Source of the DNA: Myxococcota bacterium
GTDB taxonomy: Bacteria; Myxococcota_A; UBA9160; UBA4427
Assembly: GCA_029243605.1 (NCBI GenBank)
Contig: JAQWRT010000010.1
Span: forward strand, 64,175-128,174
DNA length: 64,000 bases
Direction: 5' to 3'
Below are positions 29,591-39,145 of this stretch, in pieces. Below the pieces are notes generated by a model. It was not told the origin of the DNA and ran no database searches. It saw nothing but the letters and a program-made list of their open reading frames with translations. Made by a program: the position numbers and the translations under genes. How positions within the stretch are numbered: the first letter of the stretch is position 1; each line of letters opens with the position of its first letter.

Positions 29591-30520
29591 ATGCAAGCCA
29601 TCCAGCAACTGGGCATCGAGTTCATTCTCTTCATCCAGTCCTTCCACTCTCCGGCCCTCGACCAGTTTTTTCATGCGATCACTCAATTTGGGGGCGGCGC
29701 CTACCTCTTTCTGATTCCCCTGGTGATCTGGTGTTTCGCACCTCGTCTCGGCCTTCGGGCTACCCTTGCCATGTTGATCGCCCAATTCGTTGTCATGGTG
29801 ATGAAGGATTATTTTGGGCAGCCACGGCCCTTTCAAGTCGACCCCCGCATCCTGTCGGAAGGAGAATGGGGACTCAGCTTCCCCAGTGGTCATGCTCAGG
29901 GAGCCATGGTGTATTACGGACTGATCGCGGCCGTGGTGGCGCGGCGCTGGGTGACGATTGGCCTGGGCCTTCTCATCTTTCTAGTCGGCTTATCTCGCCC
30001 CTATCTCGGCGTTCACTATCCCCATGATGTAATTGCAGGCTGGATGATTGGCGCCGGGCTGCTCTATCTCTGGCTCAGCTTGGAGGATTCCACTGCCAGC
30101 TTCTTCCGTGGGCTCTCTGTAGAGAAACGCGCTCTTCTCGGTGTGATCCTCCCCCTCGGCCTCGCTGCGCTCCATAATTTCTTTTTCGACAACCCCAGTA
30201 CCTACGCCATCGCCGGGGCGGTGAGTGGGACCATCTTCTGTCTGGCCTCTCCCGCCGTCGATCAATGGTTCCACGGACGCGATCGCGTCTGGCGAAAGGT
30301 CGCCCGCTTCGCCCTGGGTATGCCCGCCCTCTTCCTCTTGATTCAGGGCATGCGTTACACATGGCCTGACGAGCCGAATTCGACCCTGGCTCTATTGACC
30401 TTCATCAACGGGGCCGTGATGATGCTCTTCATCGGGCTCGCGGCCCCGAGGCTTTTCGGCTGGCTGCGTCTGATCCCAAGTGCCCAAACCCGCCCCGAGC
30501 GGGGTTCGGCAGCGCATTGA
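29591..30520 (+). CDS. PAP2-family membrane phosphatase
   Basis: All three PAP2 motifs are present: KDYFGQPRP, FPSGH, SRPYLGVHYPHDV. Multiple TM helices. Confidence 0.9.
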   Translation: MQAIQQLGIEFILFIQSFHSPALDQFFHAITQFGGGAYLFLIPLVIWCFAPRLGLRATLAMLIAQFVVMVMKDYFGQPRPFQVDPRILSEGEWGLSFPSGHAQGAMVYYGLIAAVVARRWVTIGLGLLIFLVGLSRPYLGVHYPHDVIAGWMIGAGLLYLWLSLEDSTASFFRGLSVEKRALLGVILPLGLAALHNFFFDNPSTYAIAGAVSGTIFCLASPAVDQWFHGRDRVWRKVARFALGMPALFLLIQGMRYTWPDEPNSTLALLTFINGAVMMLFIGLAAPRLFGWLRLIPSAQTRPERGSAAH

Positions 30521-31671
30521 CTGCACCCACTTGGCTCGAACGCGGGGTCCTAATCGTCGGTGGAGGCATCGCGGGCCTCACCCTCGCGGGAGCCCTCCAA
30601 CGAATCGGTGTGAACTGCCAACTCGCGGAGCGATCCGATACCTGGGCCCCTGTCGGGGCGGGGATCATATTGGGCGTCAATGCCATGGCAGTGATGCGGC
30701 GCTTCGATCTCGCCCATGATCTCGAAGACCAAGCGTGGGCTCTCGAAGGAATGACCATCACCGACGCCAAGAACCGTCACCTGATACGAACCAATCTCGC
30801 CGAATTGCGACCGCGCTTCGGAATAAGCCTGGCCCTTCACCGGGCCGTTCTTCACGAAGCGCTACTCAGCGCAGCCAGCGACGTTCCTATTCGCATGGGG
30901 ACCACTGTCGACTCCCTCGAAGAAACAGGAGAATCCGTGCGAGCGCGCTTCAGCGATGGAAGCGAAGATTCCTTTGCACTCGTCGTCGGGGCAGATGGAC
31001 TCCACTCCCAGATCAGATCATTGATCTTCGGCGACGTTCCCCTCCGTTACTCCGGCTATACCTGCTGGCGAATGGTCGTTGAAAGCGACGAGATGGAGGC
31101 GAGCGCCCAGGAAATGTGGGGGCGCGGAAAGCGCTTCGGCGCCGTTCATATCGATGCTCAGCGCATCTACTGCTTCGCAGTGGTGAACGCCGAAGCCGGA
31201 CGGCCCGACCCTGCCCCGGGGCGCCTTCAAAGACTTCGTCAACAATTTTCTGAATTCGCTGGACCCGTCCCCTCGCTCTTGGCTTCCCTCAAAGAGCCGG
31301 ACCAGCTGATCCAAAACGATCTCTACGAAGTTCTGCATACTCCCTGGTATCGCGGAAGGGTGGTCCTCGTCGGGGATGCGGCCCATGGCATGACCCCCGA
31401 TATGGGCCAGGGCGCCGCCATGGCCCTCGAGGACATTGCGGTCCTCATCGAATCCCTCGAGACCACCGATAGCCCGGCGGATGCCCTGGGCGCCTGGGCG
31501 ACAAGGCGCACAGCCCGAGTCCGCTGGATTCAGAACCAATCGCGCCGCATCGGCCAGGTCGGTCAATGGGAAAGCCGGCTTGCCTGCGCCCTGCGCAATC
31601 AGGTGACCCGGGCCACACCCGCTTGGGCAGCAACCCGGGTTCTGAAAGCCCTGGCCAGCCAGCGCGTCTAA
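30517..31671 (+). CDS. FAD-dependent aromatic-ring monooxygenase (UbiH/salicylate hydroxylase-like)
   Basis: GVLIVGGGIAGLTLAGAL dinucleotide fold and GDAAHGMTPDMGQGAAMALEDIAVL motif. The TTG start overlaps the PAP2 stop (TTGA). Confidence 0.85.
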   Translation: MTAPTWLERGVLIVGGGIAGLTLAGALQRIGVNCQLAERSDTWAPVGAGIILGVNAMAVMRRFDLAHDLEDQAWALEGMTITDAKNRHLIRTNLAELRPRFGISLALHRAVLHEALLSAASDVPIRMGTTVDSLEETGESVRARFSDGSEDSFALVVGADGLHSQIRSLIFGDVPLRYSGYTCWRMVVESDEMEASAQEMWGRGKRFGAVHIDAQRIYCFAVVNAEAGRPDPAPGRLQRLRQQFSEFAGPVPSLLASLKEPDQLIQNDLYEVLHTPWYRGRVVLVGDAAHGMTPDMGQGAAMALEDIAVLIESLETTDSPADALGAWATRRTARVRWIQNQSRRIGQVGQWESRLACALRNQVTRATPAWAATRVLKALASQRV

Positions 31672-31782
31672 CATGCCGCACTGGGAGACGACTTCGTCTA
31701 CAATCGAAGGGGCCCGCCGGCCCGAGCCGCGAGTCCCGGCTGGAAATACTCGGCGCGAATCCTCCTGAAGCCAGGAGTTCGG

Positions 31783-32709
31783 ATGCGCAAACCCTTCGCT
31801 CAAAACGTGGAACGCCTGAAGCTCGTGGGAGTCGCCTCCTTGGCGACGCTGGTTTACGCCGGTTGTGCCGGACCGCCCCCGATTCACGAAGTCCCCCTCG
31901 CGCGCCTCAAGCACGAGATTGCTCGAGATATCCCAGGCGTTTCCGCCTCAGATCTCATCATCCCCCACGAAATTTCCGAGGAGAGTTTCCTCGCCATCCA
32001 CTCTCAGGTCCCTGAACTCGAGGATCGATCAGCGGGAGCGTATGCCCTGCTCAAGCTCCTCTACAGTGGGGACCATCTCGGCCTGGAGTACCGGTGGGGG
32101 GAGACCCGGAGTGCCGAAGCCACTCTCGCCCATGGCGGCGGCAACTGTCTTTCCCTAGCGGCGGTCTTGGTCGGCGCCGCCAGAAGGTACTCGGGAGCAG
32201 CACGCTATATCGAAATCCAGGATCGTCCATCTCGGCACGCGGAAGGCGATCTCGAGGTCTGGGCAAGCCATATTGCCGTCATTCTCCCCAGCGTCGACGG
32301 ACCCCTGATCGTCGACTTCCGGGGTGCTCAGGGCGATCTGGATTCCATGCGTTATAAGCAAATCGGTGACCGAACCCTCGTGGCCCACTACTACAATGAC
32401 AAGGGCTACGACCTGCTAAGAATTGCCCGGGAGCGCAACGAGCCGCCTCCCTGGTCCGAAGCTGGGCGTTTCTTCGAGACCGCCACCCGCATCGACCCCA
32501 GCCTCGGGAGGGCGTGGAATAATCTCGGGGTTGCCCAAGCTCGCCTGGGAGATCTCAGAGCGGCGGAACTCTCCTACCAGCGCGCAAACAAGAGCCCAGG
32601 GAATTACCTCAAGACGGCAACCGAAAAAAACAGGGTCAGCCTAGACTTTCGGCGGCAAACCCCGGGCCTCGAGGTCTCCGCCTGGGAAAAGGGCGAGAAG
32701 CCCTTCTAG
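31783..32709 (+). CDS. transglutaminase-like cysteine-protease-fold lipoprotein with C-terminal TPR
   Basis: Leader ...LATLVYAGC. Candidate Cys-His-Asp triad context: GGGNCLSLAAVLVGAAR, WASHIAVIL, LIVDF. The C-terminal TPR reads GRAWNNLGVAQARLGDLRAAELSYQRA. Confidence 0.6.
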   Translation: MRKPFAQNVERLKLVGVASLATLVYAGCAGPPPIHEVPLARLKHEIARDIPGVSASDLIIPHEISEESFLAIHSQVPELEDRSAGAYALLKLLYSGDHLGLEYRWGETRSAEATLAHGGGNCLSLAAVLVGAARRYSGAARYIEIQDRPSRHAEGDLEVWASHIAVILPSVDGPLIVDFRGAQGDLDSMRYKQIGDRTLVAHYYNDKGYDLLRIARERNEPPPWSEAGRFFETATRIDPSLGRAWNNLGVAQARLGDLRAAELSYQRANKSPGNYLKTATEKNRVSLDFRRQTPGLEVSAWEKGEKPF

Positions 32710-35678
32710 CGGGCCTGGGCGCGCAGAACCTGAAAGGTCTCGAAGGATCCCGGCAGCGACGGTAAGCCCCGGGCGATCTCAAGCGCCGCGATCGCCATCT
32801 CCGAGCGATTCGAATTCCTGAAATTCACGTTCGAGAGCCGATACAGAGACGCCCAGGCATAGTCCCCGCGGCCGGCGATCTTTGCCGCTTTTGCCCTAAT
32901 CAGGAGATCTTTCGGCGAGCGATCTCGAGCGAGCAATGGGTCGATGATGCCGACGGCCTCCCAAGCCCCTTCCGGACTCTTTGAAGCGACTCGCCACCGG
33001 GCTCGCAGACGGGCCGCCTCGGGATAGATGAGTTCACCCGCCTGAATCTGGGCGAGCGCCCCGTCCAATGCTGCAACCTCCTCCCAACGGCCCGACTTCA
33101 ACAACACACGCCCTTCGACAACAGCTCTCTCGGGCTCATCCAGACCTCCGAGGTCGAGCCCGGCGGGTTGCAGCAGAGCGAGGCCTAGCGTGGCCATCTT
33201 CGACGACGGATTTTTCTCGAGAATTTCCCTGAAGAGCCTCACCGCCCGCGCTAACCGACCGGCGGAAAGCGTTAGCCAAGCTTCGGCTTCCGGCCTGATC
33301 TCTTCTGGAAGTTGGGATATCACCAAAGATGCCCTCACTCCCGCTCGTCCAGCGACCAGGCGCCTGACTAGGAGGAGCGGTTCAGCGTGGGCATTCAGTT
33401 CGGGCAAACCATCGACAACCTGTAAAGCCTTACCCGCTCTGGGCCCAGTCGACTTGCCGCGACGCGCCCAAGCCAGGTGGTTATGATCATCGCTGATGAT
33501 CGGAGCACCCAGGGCATAATCTCTTGACGCCTGCTCCGAGAGCCGAACCTGGGCGATGACATCGGTGACGCTATGAACTCCGATGCGCGCGAAATCCTCC
33601 GGCGCTGCGGCAATCGCTCGAGGAGCTGTCTTCGCAAGGTCGATTTCCGTATTCGAGGCAACAAAGAGGACTGCCGCTCCGCCAGGGTGCAGCACGTTCA
33701 CGTGATCGAAGACCTCGCCAAGAGTTCCCACAAGGCCTCGCAGAAGGCGATCGTCGACAAAACCGAGCCCCATCCACTGGACGAAGACCCCATCGGGCAC
33801 CAGCCGCTCCTCTACGAGCTCGAAGAACTCTTGGGTGTAGAGATGCGAAGCGCCCGAAGTCCAGGGGTGGGAGGGTTGCGAAATGATGGCGTCATAATTT
33901 TTGCCCGTCAGCATTAGCGCACCACGCGCGTCACCAATTCGCAGGCTGAGTCGGGGATCATCGAGAGGATCTCTCAGACCTAGGCTCTCCACCGCCACAC
34001 GATTTGCGTGGACGACCTCAGGCTCGAGTTCGATGAGCTCGACTTCGCGCACGGGTGGGGGCACCGCCGCGAGAGTCCTGCCCCCGCCAAGGCCGATGAT
34101 CAGGAACCGCTCCGCCTCGGGTCGCGTCAGCAAGGGCAGAAGCGCCAGCCAACTCGCCTCCTGATAAAGGTCCGGAGAGTTGACCGCCGACTCGATGACC
34201 GATTCGGGAAGCCCGTTGGTGGAAACCTGGTGTCCATGAGGAATATCGATGAGGGTCACGGTGGCTGAGCGACCCACTCCCAAAAAGCTCATCTCTCCCG
34301 AAGTGGCTCCACCACTCAAAACGCCCATCTTCAACAGCGCGAAGGGCGGCGCCGGTCGCAGCACGAGAAGTGCCACCCCGGCCAGGGCAGCCGTAGCGAG
34401 AAGGGCGCGCATAGGGAGCCCCGTCGTGAAAAACCACGCGGCTCCCAGCGCCAGGAGGAGGTTGGCTCCTGCGCCGATGAGGAGAGTTCCCTCAAAGCCA
34501 AAGACCGGCAACAACCAGAAACCCGCCGAGATCGATCCAATAATTGAACCAAGGGTATTCCACGCGTAGACCCGAGCGCTGGCCGAAGCCGCATCGTCGG
34601 CATCGACCGCCATCAGCCTGACCGCAAAGGGAAAGCTAGCCCCAACGAAGACCGTCACCGGGAGGAGAATAAGAACGGACATCACCGCCCCGGGAAGGAG
34701 GTTTGACGATGATGCACTCACGCTCTGGGCAATCGAGGGAATCGAGTCTGCCAGGGAGAAGGTCAACCAGGCCATCAAGGCCGTACCGAGTTGCGCGAGG
34801 GCGAAACCAAGCCCCGCGCGAACAGAGTCCCGGGCAAAGCGCGAAGCCACGGCGCTTCCCAGCGAGATGCCGATGAGGAAGCTGGCCAGCATAGTGGCGA
34901 AGGCCGCAGTACTCGCTCCGAGGACAAAGCCCAGCATCCGGACCCAGAGCACTTCGTAAATGAAGGAAACCGAACCCGAAGTCGCGATGAAGAAAAGAAC
35001 GGGAGAAAAGCCCTTGGAGCGACGAGGTTGGATGCCCTGGACTGCCGGCGCGAATCGAGAAAGCAGAGCCGCCGCGACGAAGACCAGAGCGTTGGCGATG
35101 GCCCCGATATAGATTGTTTGCCTAAGGCCGAATTCGGGCAGAAGCACGAAAGCGGCTGTCAGGGCACCGCAGATCGCACCGGCGGTGTTGACCGCGTAGA
35201 GGTAGCCAATCCGAGGCCCTACCTGTTCGTCGTTCTGGACAGCATGCCGAGCCAGCAGGGGAAGAGTCGCTCCCATCAGGGCAGTACACGGAACCAAGAC
35301 CAGGAAGGCACCCACCAGATGAAAGAGGGCCGTCAAGAGCCCGACGCTCTCGGGCGGGGCGTCGAGTCCACCCAACCAATTGACGTAGATACCCATCAGC
35401 CCACGGATCGCAAAGGGAACGGCGAGTGCACCGAGCCCGATCCCGAGTTCGATGACGCCATAGGCCAAAACCGGCCGCCGGATCCGATGCGACCAGCGAC
35501 CAGCCACAGCCGCACCCAGCGCGAGCCCCGCCATGTAGGCGGCCAACACGGCGGTTACCGCCAACTCGGAGGTTCCGAAAACGAAGGCGAGTTCGCGGGT
35601 CCAAGCCGTTTCGTAGAGGAGCGCAGCGAAGCCCGAGATGAAAAAGCAAATTTGCAGGAGCGAAAAACGCAATCTCAT
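32706..35678 (-). CDS. fused polytopic membrane domain / spermidine-synthase-like (class I MTase fold) / TPR protein
   Basis: About 990 aa from ATG 35678. The N-terminal ~470 aa have more than 12 hydrophobic helices (FFISGFAALLYETAWTRELAFVFG...). The central aminopropyltransferase-like module reads FLIIGLGGGRTLA...ELIELEPEV...IGDARGAL...YDAIISQPSHPWTSGASHLYTQEFF. C-terminal helical repeats follow. Confidence 0.75.
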   Translation of the reverse strand: MRLRFSLLQICFFISGFAALLYETAWTRELAFVFGTSELAVTAVLAAYMAGLALGAAVAGRWSHRIRRPVLAYGVIELGIGLGALAVPFAIRGLMGIYVNWLGGLDAPPESVGLLTALFHLVGAFLVLVPCTALMGATLPLLARHAVQNDEQVGPRIGYLYAVNTAGAICGALTAAFVLLPEFGLRQTIYIGAIANALVFVAAALLSRFAPAVQGIQPRRSKGFSPVLFFIATSGSVSFIYEVLWVRMLGFVLGASTAAFATMLASFLIGISLGSAVASRFARDSVRAGLGFALAQLGTALMAWLTFSLADSIPSIAQSVSASSSNLLPGAVMSVLILLPVTVFVGASFPFAVRLMAVDADDAASASARVYAWNTLGSIIGSISAGFWLLPVFGFEGTLLIGAGANLLLALGAAWFFTTGLPMRALLATAALAGVALLVLRPAPPFALLKMGVLSGGATSGEMSFLGVGRSATVTLIDIPHGHQVSTNGLPESVIESAVNSPDLYQEASWLALLPLLTRPEAERFLIIGLGGGRTLAAVPPPVREVELIELEPEVVHANRVAVESLGLRDPLDDPRLSLRIGDARGALMLTGKNYDAIISQPSHPWTSGASHLYTQEFFELVEERLVPDGVFVQWMGLGFVDDRLLRGLVGTLGEVFDHVNVLHPGGAAVLFVASNTEIDLAKTAPRAIAAAPEDFARIGVHSVTDVIAQVRLSEQASRDYALGAPIISDDHNHLAWARRGKSTGPRAGKALQVVDGLPELNAHAEPLLLVRRLVAGRAGVRASLVISQLPEEIRPEAEAWLTLSAGRLARAVRLFREILEKNPSSKMATLGLALLQPAGLDLGGLDEPERAVVEGRVLLKSGRWEEVAALDGALAQIQAGELIYPEAARLRARWRVASKSPEGAWEAVGIIDPLLARDRSPKDLLIRAKAAKIAGRGDYAWASLYRLSNVNFRNSNRSEMAIAALEIARGLPSLPGSFETFQVLRAQAR

Positions 35679-35812
35679 CGAAGTTTCCGGTATTTCTCTA
35701 GGGGGTTCTCTAAGAGGGGAAGGGTGCGCCCGACGCACGGGAGACTAGCATTACACTTCGGTCCCATAATGCCTTGACTGTTGGAGAAAACTGGCTTTGC
35801 TAGGGTTTTTTC

Positions 35813-36703
35813 ATGCTTGAAAAAATTGCTTTCGGCGGGACCGGTCATTCCAGCACGCGAATCCTCTTTGGTGCCGCAGCTTTGGGCCGAATGGATCAGA
35901 GTCAATCAGACAAGGTTCTCAAGCTTCTGCTCGATTATGGGGTCAACCACATAGATACCGCCGCCGGCTACGGCGACTCGGAACTGCGGGTCGGCGAGTG
36001 GATGGCCGAACATCGAAAGCATTTCTTTCTGGCCACCAAAGCCCACAAGCGCGATGCGGCCGGTGTCCGAGAAAGCCTTCACCGATCTCTTGAACGCCTG
36101 CGTGTCGACTCTGTGGACCTCATCCAGCTCCACAACCTCGTGGACGAAGACTCATGGGAAAGGGCCCTCGGTCCGGGCGGAGCGCTCGAGGCCCTGATCG
36201 AAGCCCGAGAAGAAGGCCTCGTTCGCTTCATCGGCGTCACGGGGCATGGCATCGCTGCGCCGTCCATGCATCGCCGAAGCCTCGGACACTTCGACTTCGA
36301 TTCCGTTCTGCTGCACTGCAATTACTCGATGCTCGCACAACCCGAATATCGCGCGGATTTTGACGCCCTGGTCGCTGAGTGCCGGGAAAGAGGGACAGCC
36401 GTTCAAACCATCAAGTCCATCGCCCGGCGACGCTGGGCTGAAGAGGGTGAGCCTCGGTATAGCTGGTACGAGCCGCTTCGGGAGAAGGGATCTATCGAAC
36501 GGGCGGTACGCTTTGTCCTGGCCCGAGAGGGTCTTTTCCTGAACAGTTCCAGTGATGCAACCTTGCTGCCAGCGACCCTCGAGTCGGCGCGGCAGGCCGC
36601 CTTGGGCATGGACAACGAATCGCTAGAGAGTCATCTAAAGGCCGATGTCGAGAAGTACGCCGTGGAGCCGCTCTTCACTCCCGGTGGACCCCAGGGTATC
36701 TAG
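35813..36703 (+). CDS. aldo/keto reductase
   Basis: 296 aa. GVNHIDTAAGYGDSELRVGEW and VDLIQLHN are typical AKR motifs. Confidence 0.85.
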   Translation: MLEKIAFGGTGHSSTRILFGAAALGRMDQSQSDKVLKLLLDYGVNHIDTAAGYGDSELRVGEWMAEHRKHFFLATKAHKRDAAGVRESLHRSLERLRVDSVDLIQLHNLVDEDSWERALGPGGALEALIEAREEGLVRFIGVTGHGIAAPSMHRRSLGHFDFDSVLLHCNYSMLAQPEYRADFDALVAECRERGTAVQTIKSIARRRWAEEGEPRYSWYEPLREKGSIERAVRFVLAREGLFLNSSSDATLLPATLESARQAALGMDNESLESHLKADVEKYAVEPLFTPGGPQGI

Positions 36704-36710
36704 CCCGGCA

Positions 36711-38933
36711 CTAATCGCCCGCGAATATATTTTCGGGCGACAGGACCGTGACCTCCGGTGACCAACCCGCATCGTAGAGAGCTCCCGCGAGCCCGCTGGC
36801 CTCTTCGATAGTTGCAAAGCCTGTGAGATAGACGTCCCAGAGAGTCCCGCTTGTAGATTGCCAAGACGTCACTCGGCTCTCAAACCCATCCTCGTCGAAG
36901 GCGCTCGCTATCCGCTCAGCCCCCCCTGCGTAATCGAACGTTTCGAGAAGCAACGCATAGGGTTGCGCATCGACGGATTCCAGATCGGCCACCCGAGAAA
37001 TTGCCCGTTCCATCGCGATGCGCTGGCGAATCGAGTAGGCCGCGTCCTCGCTGGGGGTCCTGAGGATCTGAGCCTTGACCACGATCACCAGGTCATTATC
37101 CACCCGGGTCCGAGATTGGGAACTGAAAAAACTACCGAAGAAGGGGATATCCTTGAGGAAGGGGATGCCCACCACGGAAACCGACTCCCCACTGCCGTTG
37201 CTCGCGCCGATCACCGCGATATCGCCCTCGCCCAGCATCAAGGTCGACTCGATGGTTCGTTGGGTGAAGGTAGGGCCTACCTGATCCACCGGGCCGGCGA
37301 TCGAAGACTGTATTTCCGACAATTCGATCTTGAGATCGAGTTCCGCGACGCCAGCCTCACCCACCGTAGCCTTGATGATCAGATCGATTCCTACCTCCCG
37401 CCGCTCGATGGTCTGCTGGTTCGCCAGAGCACCGGCAGTGCCCACAAATTCGCCCTCTGGGACCGTAGTTCCTACGGGAACCGGGATCTCATTCCCGACG
37501 AAAACCCGGTGCTCTTCGCCGCTCATCGCCAGGATATGGGGACGCATCAGAATATTGGTCTCGGCGAGAGATTCTCCCGCTTCGAACGAAACTTCGTCGC
37601 GAGGGACGTTCACGGTGATGGGATCGGCCCCGCCACCAGGATCCAAGGTCAACTGCAGCGGAGAACGGGCGTAACGACCAAAAAGGAAATCTTGAACCGC
37701 TGGGCCGGTTGGAACGCCCGTACCCAGAAGATTCGACGACTTGGACAAGGAAGCACCGCCAGAGGAAATGAAAACCGCAGGATCCGTAGCACTCGAAGGC
37801 TCCAGAACGGGGAGGAAATAATTGATGCCGAGCTTGAACCCACTCGGACGAACCAGTTCAAACACCATGACATCCACCGCAACCCGGGGCGGAATTCGAT
37901 CCAATTCGTGAATCACCCTAGTCAGAAGCCCCAGGGTTTCCGAGTCCGAGCTCAGAAGAAGAGACCGCGTCGCCGTATCAACGGCCACGTTGAAGGCTCG
38001 ACTCTCGAGGCTCTCTCCGAGTTCCTCGACGATGGCTCTTCTCTCACCGGCCCTGGTATTTTTTCGCCCCTTCTTCATTCCGATCAGAATCGCTGAGATA
38101 TCCTCAGCCGGGCGGTTCAACACCCGCACGACCCTGACCAGACCTTCGCCCTCTTCCAAGCGATCGATCTTTTCGATGGTCTTGCGAATCGCCTCTAGCC
38201 GAACCGGCGAAGTCTGAACGAGTACCTGATTCGTCCGCTCATCGGCCCAGATACCAACGCGATCTCCTTGCCGACGCCCTTCATTGAAAGTGACCTCGAG
38301 GATCTCCGCGATCGTCGTTGCGGATCGATATCGCACAGTACGCACCAAGATATTCTCATCCGCAGCCTGATCCAGCATTCGCAGGATCGCGATGAGGCGA
38401 GCCACTTGAGCCTCTGGACCCGAGAGAATTACGCTGTTCGCGGGTTCGTAGGGAAGGGCTGCCCCGAATTCCGATACGTTGGGACCGAGGGCAGTCACCG
38501 CCTCGTTTGCATCGGCGTGGCGCAGTCGGATCATCGTGGTGATGACCCTGCCGCCTTCGGGATCGAGGGGGACCGCTGTGATCGGCGACCCCGACTGGCT
38601 TTCTGTCAGGGGAACGATCTTGGTGGTGTCCTCACCCACGGGCAATGCCGCAAAACCCTTGACGAAAAGAGCTGCGTCGAGGATGGCCAGCGCCTCCTGG
38701 GGGTTCACACGGTAGGGAACCGTCACCGTGACACGGCCTCGGAGGGTGTCATCGAAGATGAACCTTTGCCCCGTCGCCCGGGCAATCATCGAAACGATAT
38801 CCGCAATATCCCGCTGTTTGTAGTGAACCGGGATCGCACCCACGGCCGACTGCCCATCTTCTGCCCCCGAACTCGGCATCGGGAGGAAAAGAAGGACGAA
38901 AATCGCCAAAGGTCGAAGAAATATGCGGCTCAC
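36711..38933 (-). CDS. GspD-type secretin with SPOR-like C-terminal domain
   Basis: 740 aa. Signal peptide and N0 domain (YKQRDIADIVSMIARATGQRFIFDDTLRGRVTV...), then repeated N-domains and a secretin core ending GIPFLKDIPFFGSFFSSQSRTRVDNDLVIVVKAQIL. The extra ~90-aa tail (PYALLLETFDYAGGAERIASAFDEDGFESRVTSWQSTSGTLWDVYLTGFATIEEASGLAGALYDAGWSPEVTVL) has the beta-alpha-beta-beta repeat pattern of SPOR domains. Confidence 0.85.
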   Translation of the reverse strand: MSRIFLRPLAIFVLLFLPMPSSGAEDGQSAVGAIPVHYKQRDIADIVSMIARATGQRFIFDDTLRGRVTVTVPYRVNPQEALAILDAALFVKGFAALPVGEDTTKIVPLTESQSGSPITAVPLDPEGGRVITTMIRLRHADANEAVTALGPNVSEFGAALPYEPANSVILSGPEAQVARLIAILRMLDQAADENILVRTVRYRSATTIAEILEVTFNEGRRQGDRVGIWADERTNQVLVQTSPVRLEAIRKTIEKIDRLEEGEGLVRVVRVLNRPAEDISAILIGMKKGRKNTRAGERRAIVEELGESLESRAFNVAVDTATRSLLLSSDSETLGLLTRVIHELDRIPPRVAVDVMVFELVRPSGFKLGINYFLPVLEPSSATDPAVFISSGGASLSKSSNLLGTGVPTGPAVQDFLFGRYARSPLQLTLDPGGGADPITVNVPRDEVSFEAGESLAETNILMRPHILAMSGEEHRVFVGNEIPVPVGTTVPEGEFVGTAGALANQQTIERREVGIDLIIKATVGEAGVAELDLKIELSEIQSSIAGPVDQVGPTFTQRTIESTLMLGEGDIAVIGASNGSGESVSVVGIPFLKDIPFFGSFFSSQSRTRVDNDLVIVVKAQILRTPSEDAAYSIRQRIAMERAISRVADLESVDAQPYALLLETFDYAGGAERIASAFDEDGFESRVTSWQSTSGTLWDVYLTGFATIEEASGLAGALYDAGWSPEVTVLSPENIFAGD

Positions 38934-39145
38934 CGGGTGAGCCTATCCGAGGCGCCGGATGAGTGCTATTCGGCCCCGGCCGGCTTCCCGAGTACGCAAA
39001 TCCTCACCGAAAACTTCGTTTTTGGCTGAAATTTTCGAAAGGAGTACGTTCTTTCTGCTCTTGCCCGGCAGGTTGCCTTCCGATACCGAGGAGGAGCGCG
39101 GCATTGCCCGCGACCACTCGATCCGCCCACGTCCGAGGAGTGCAG

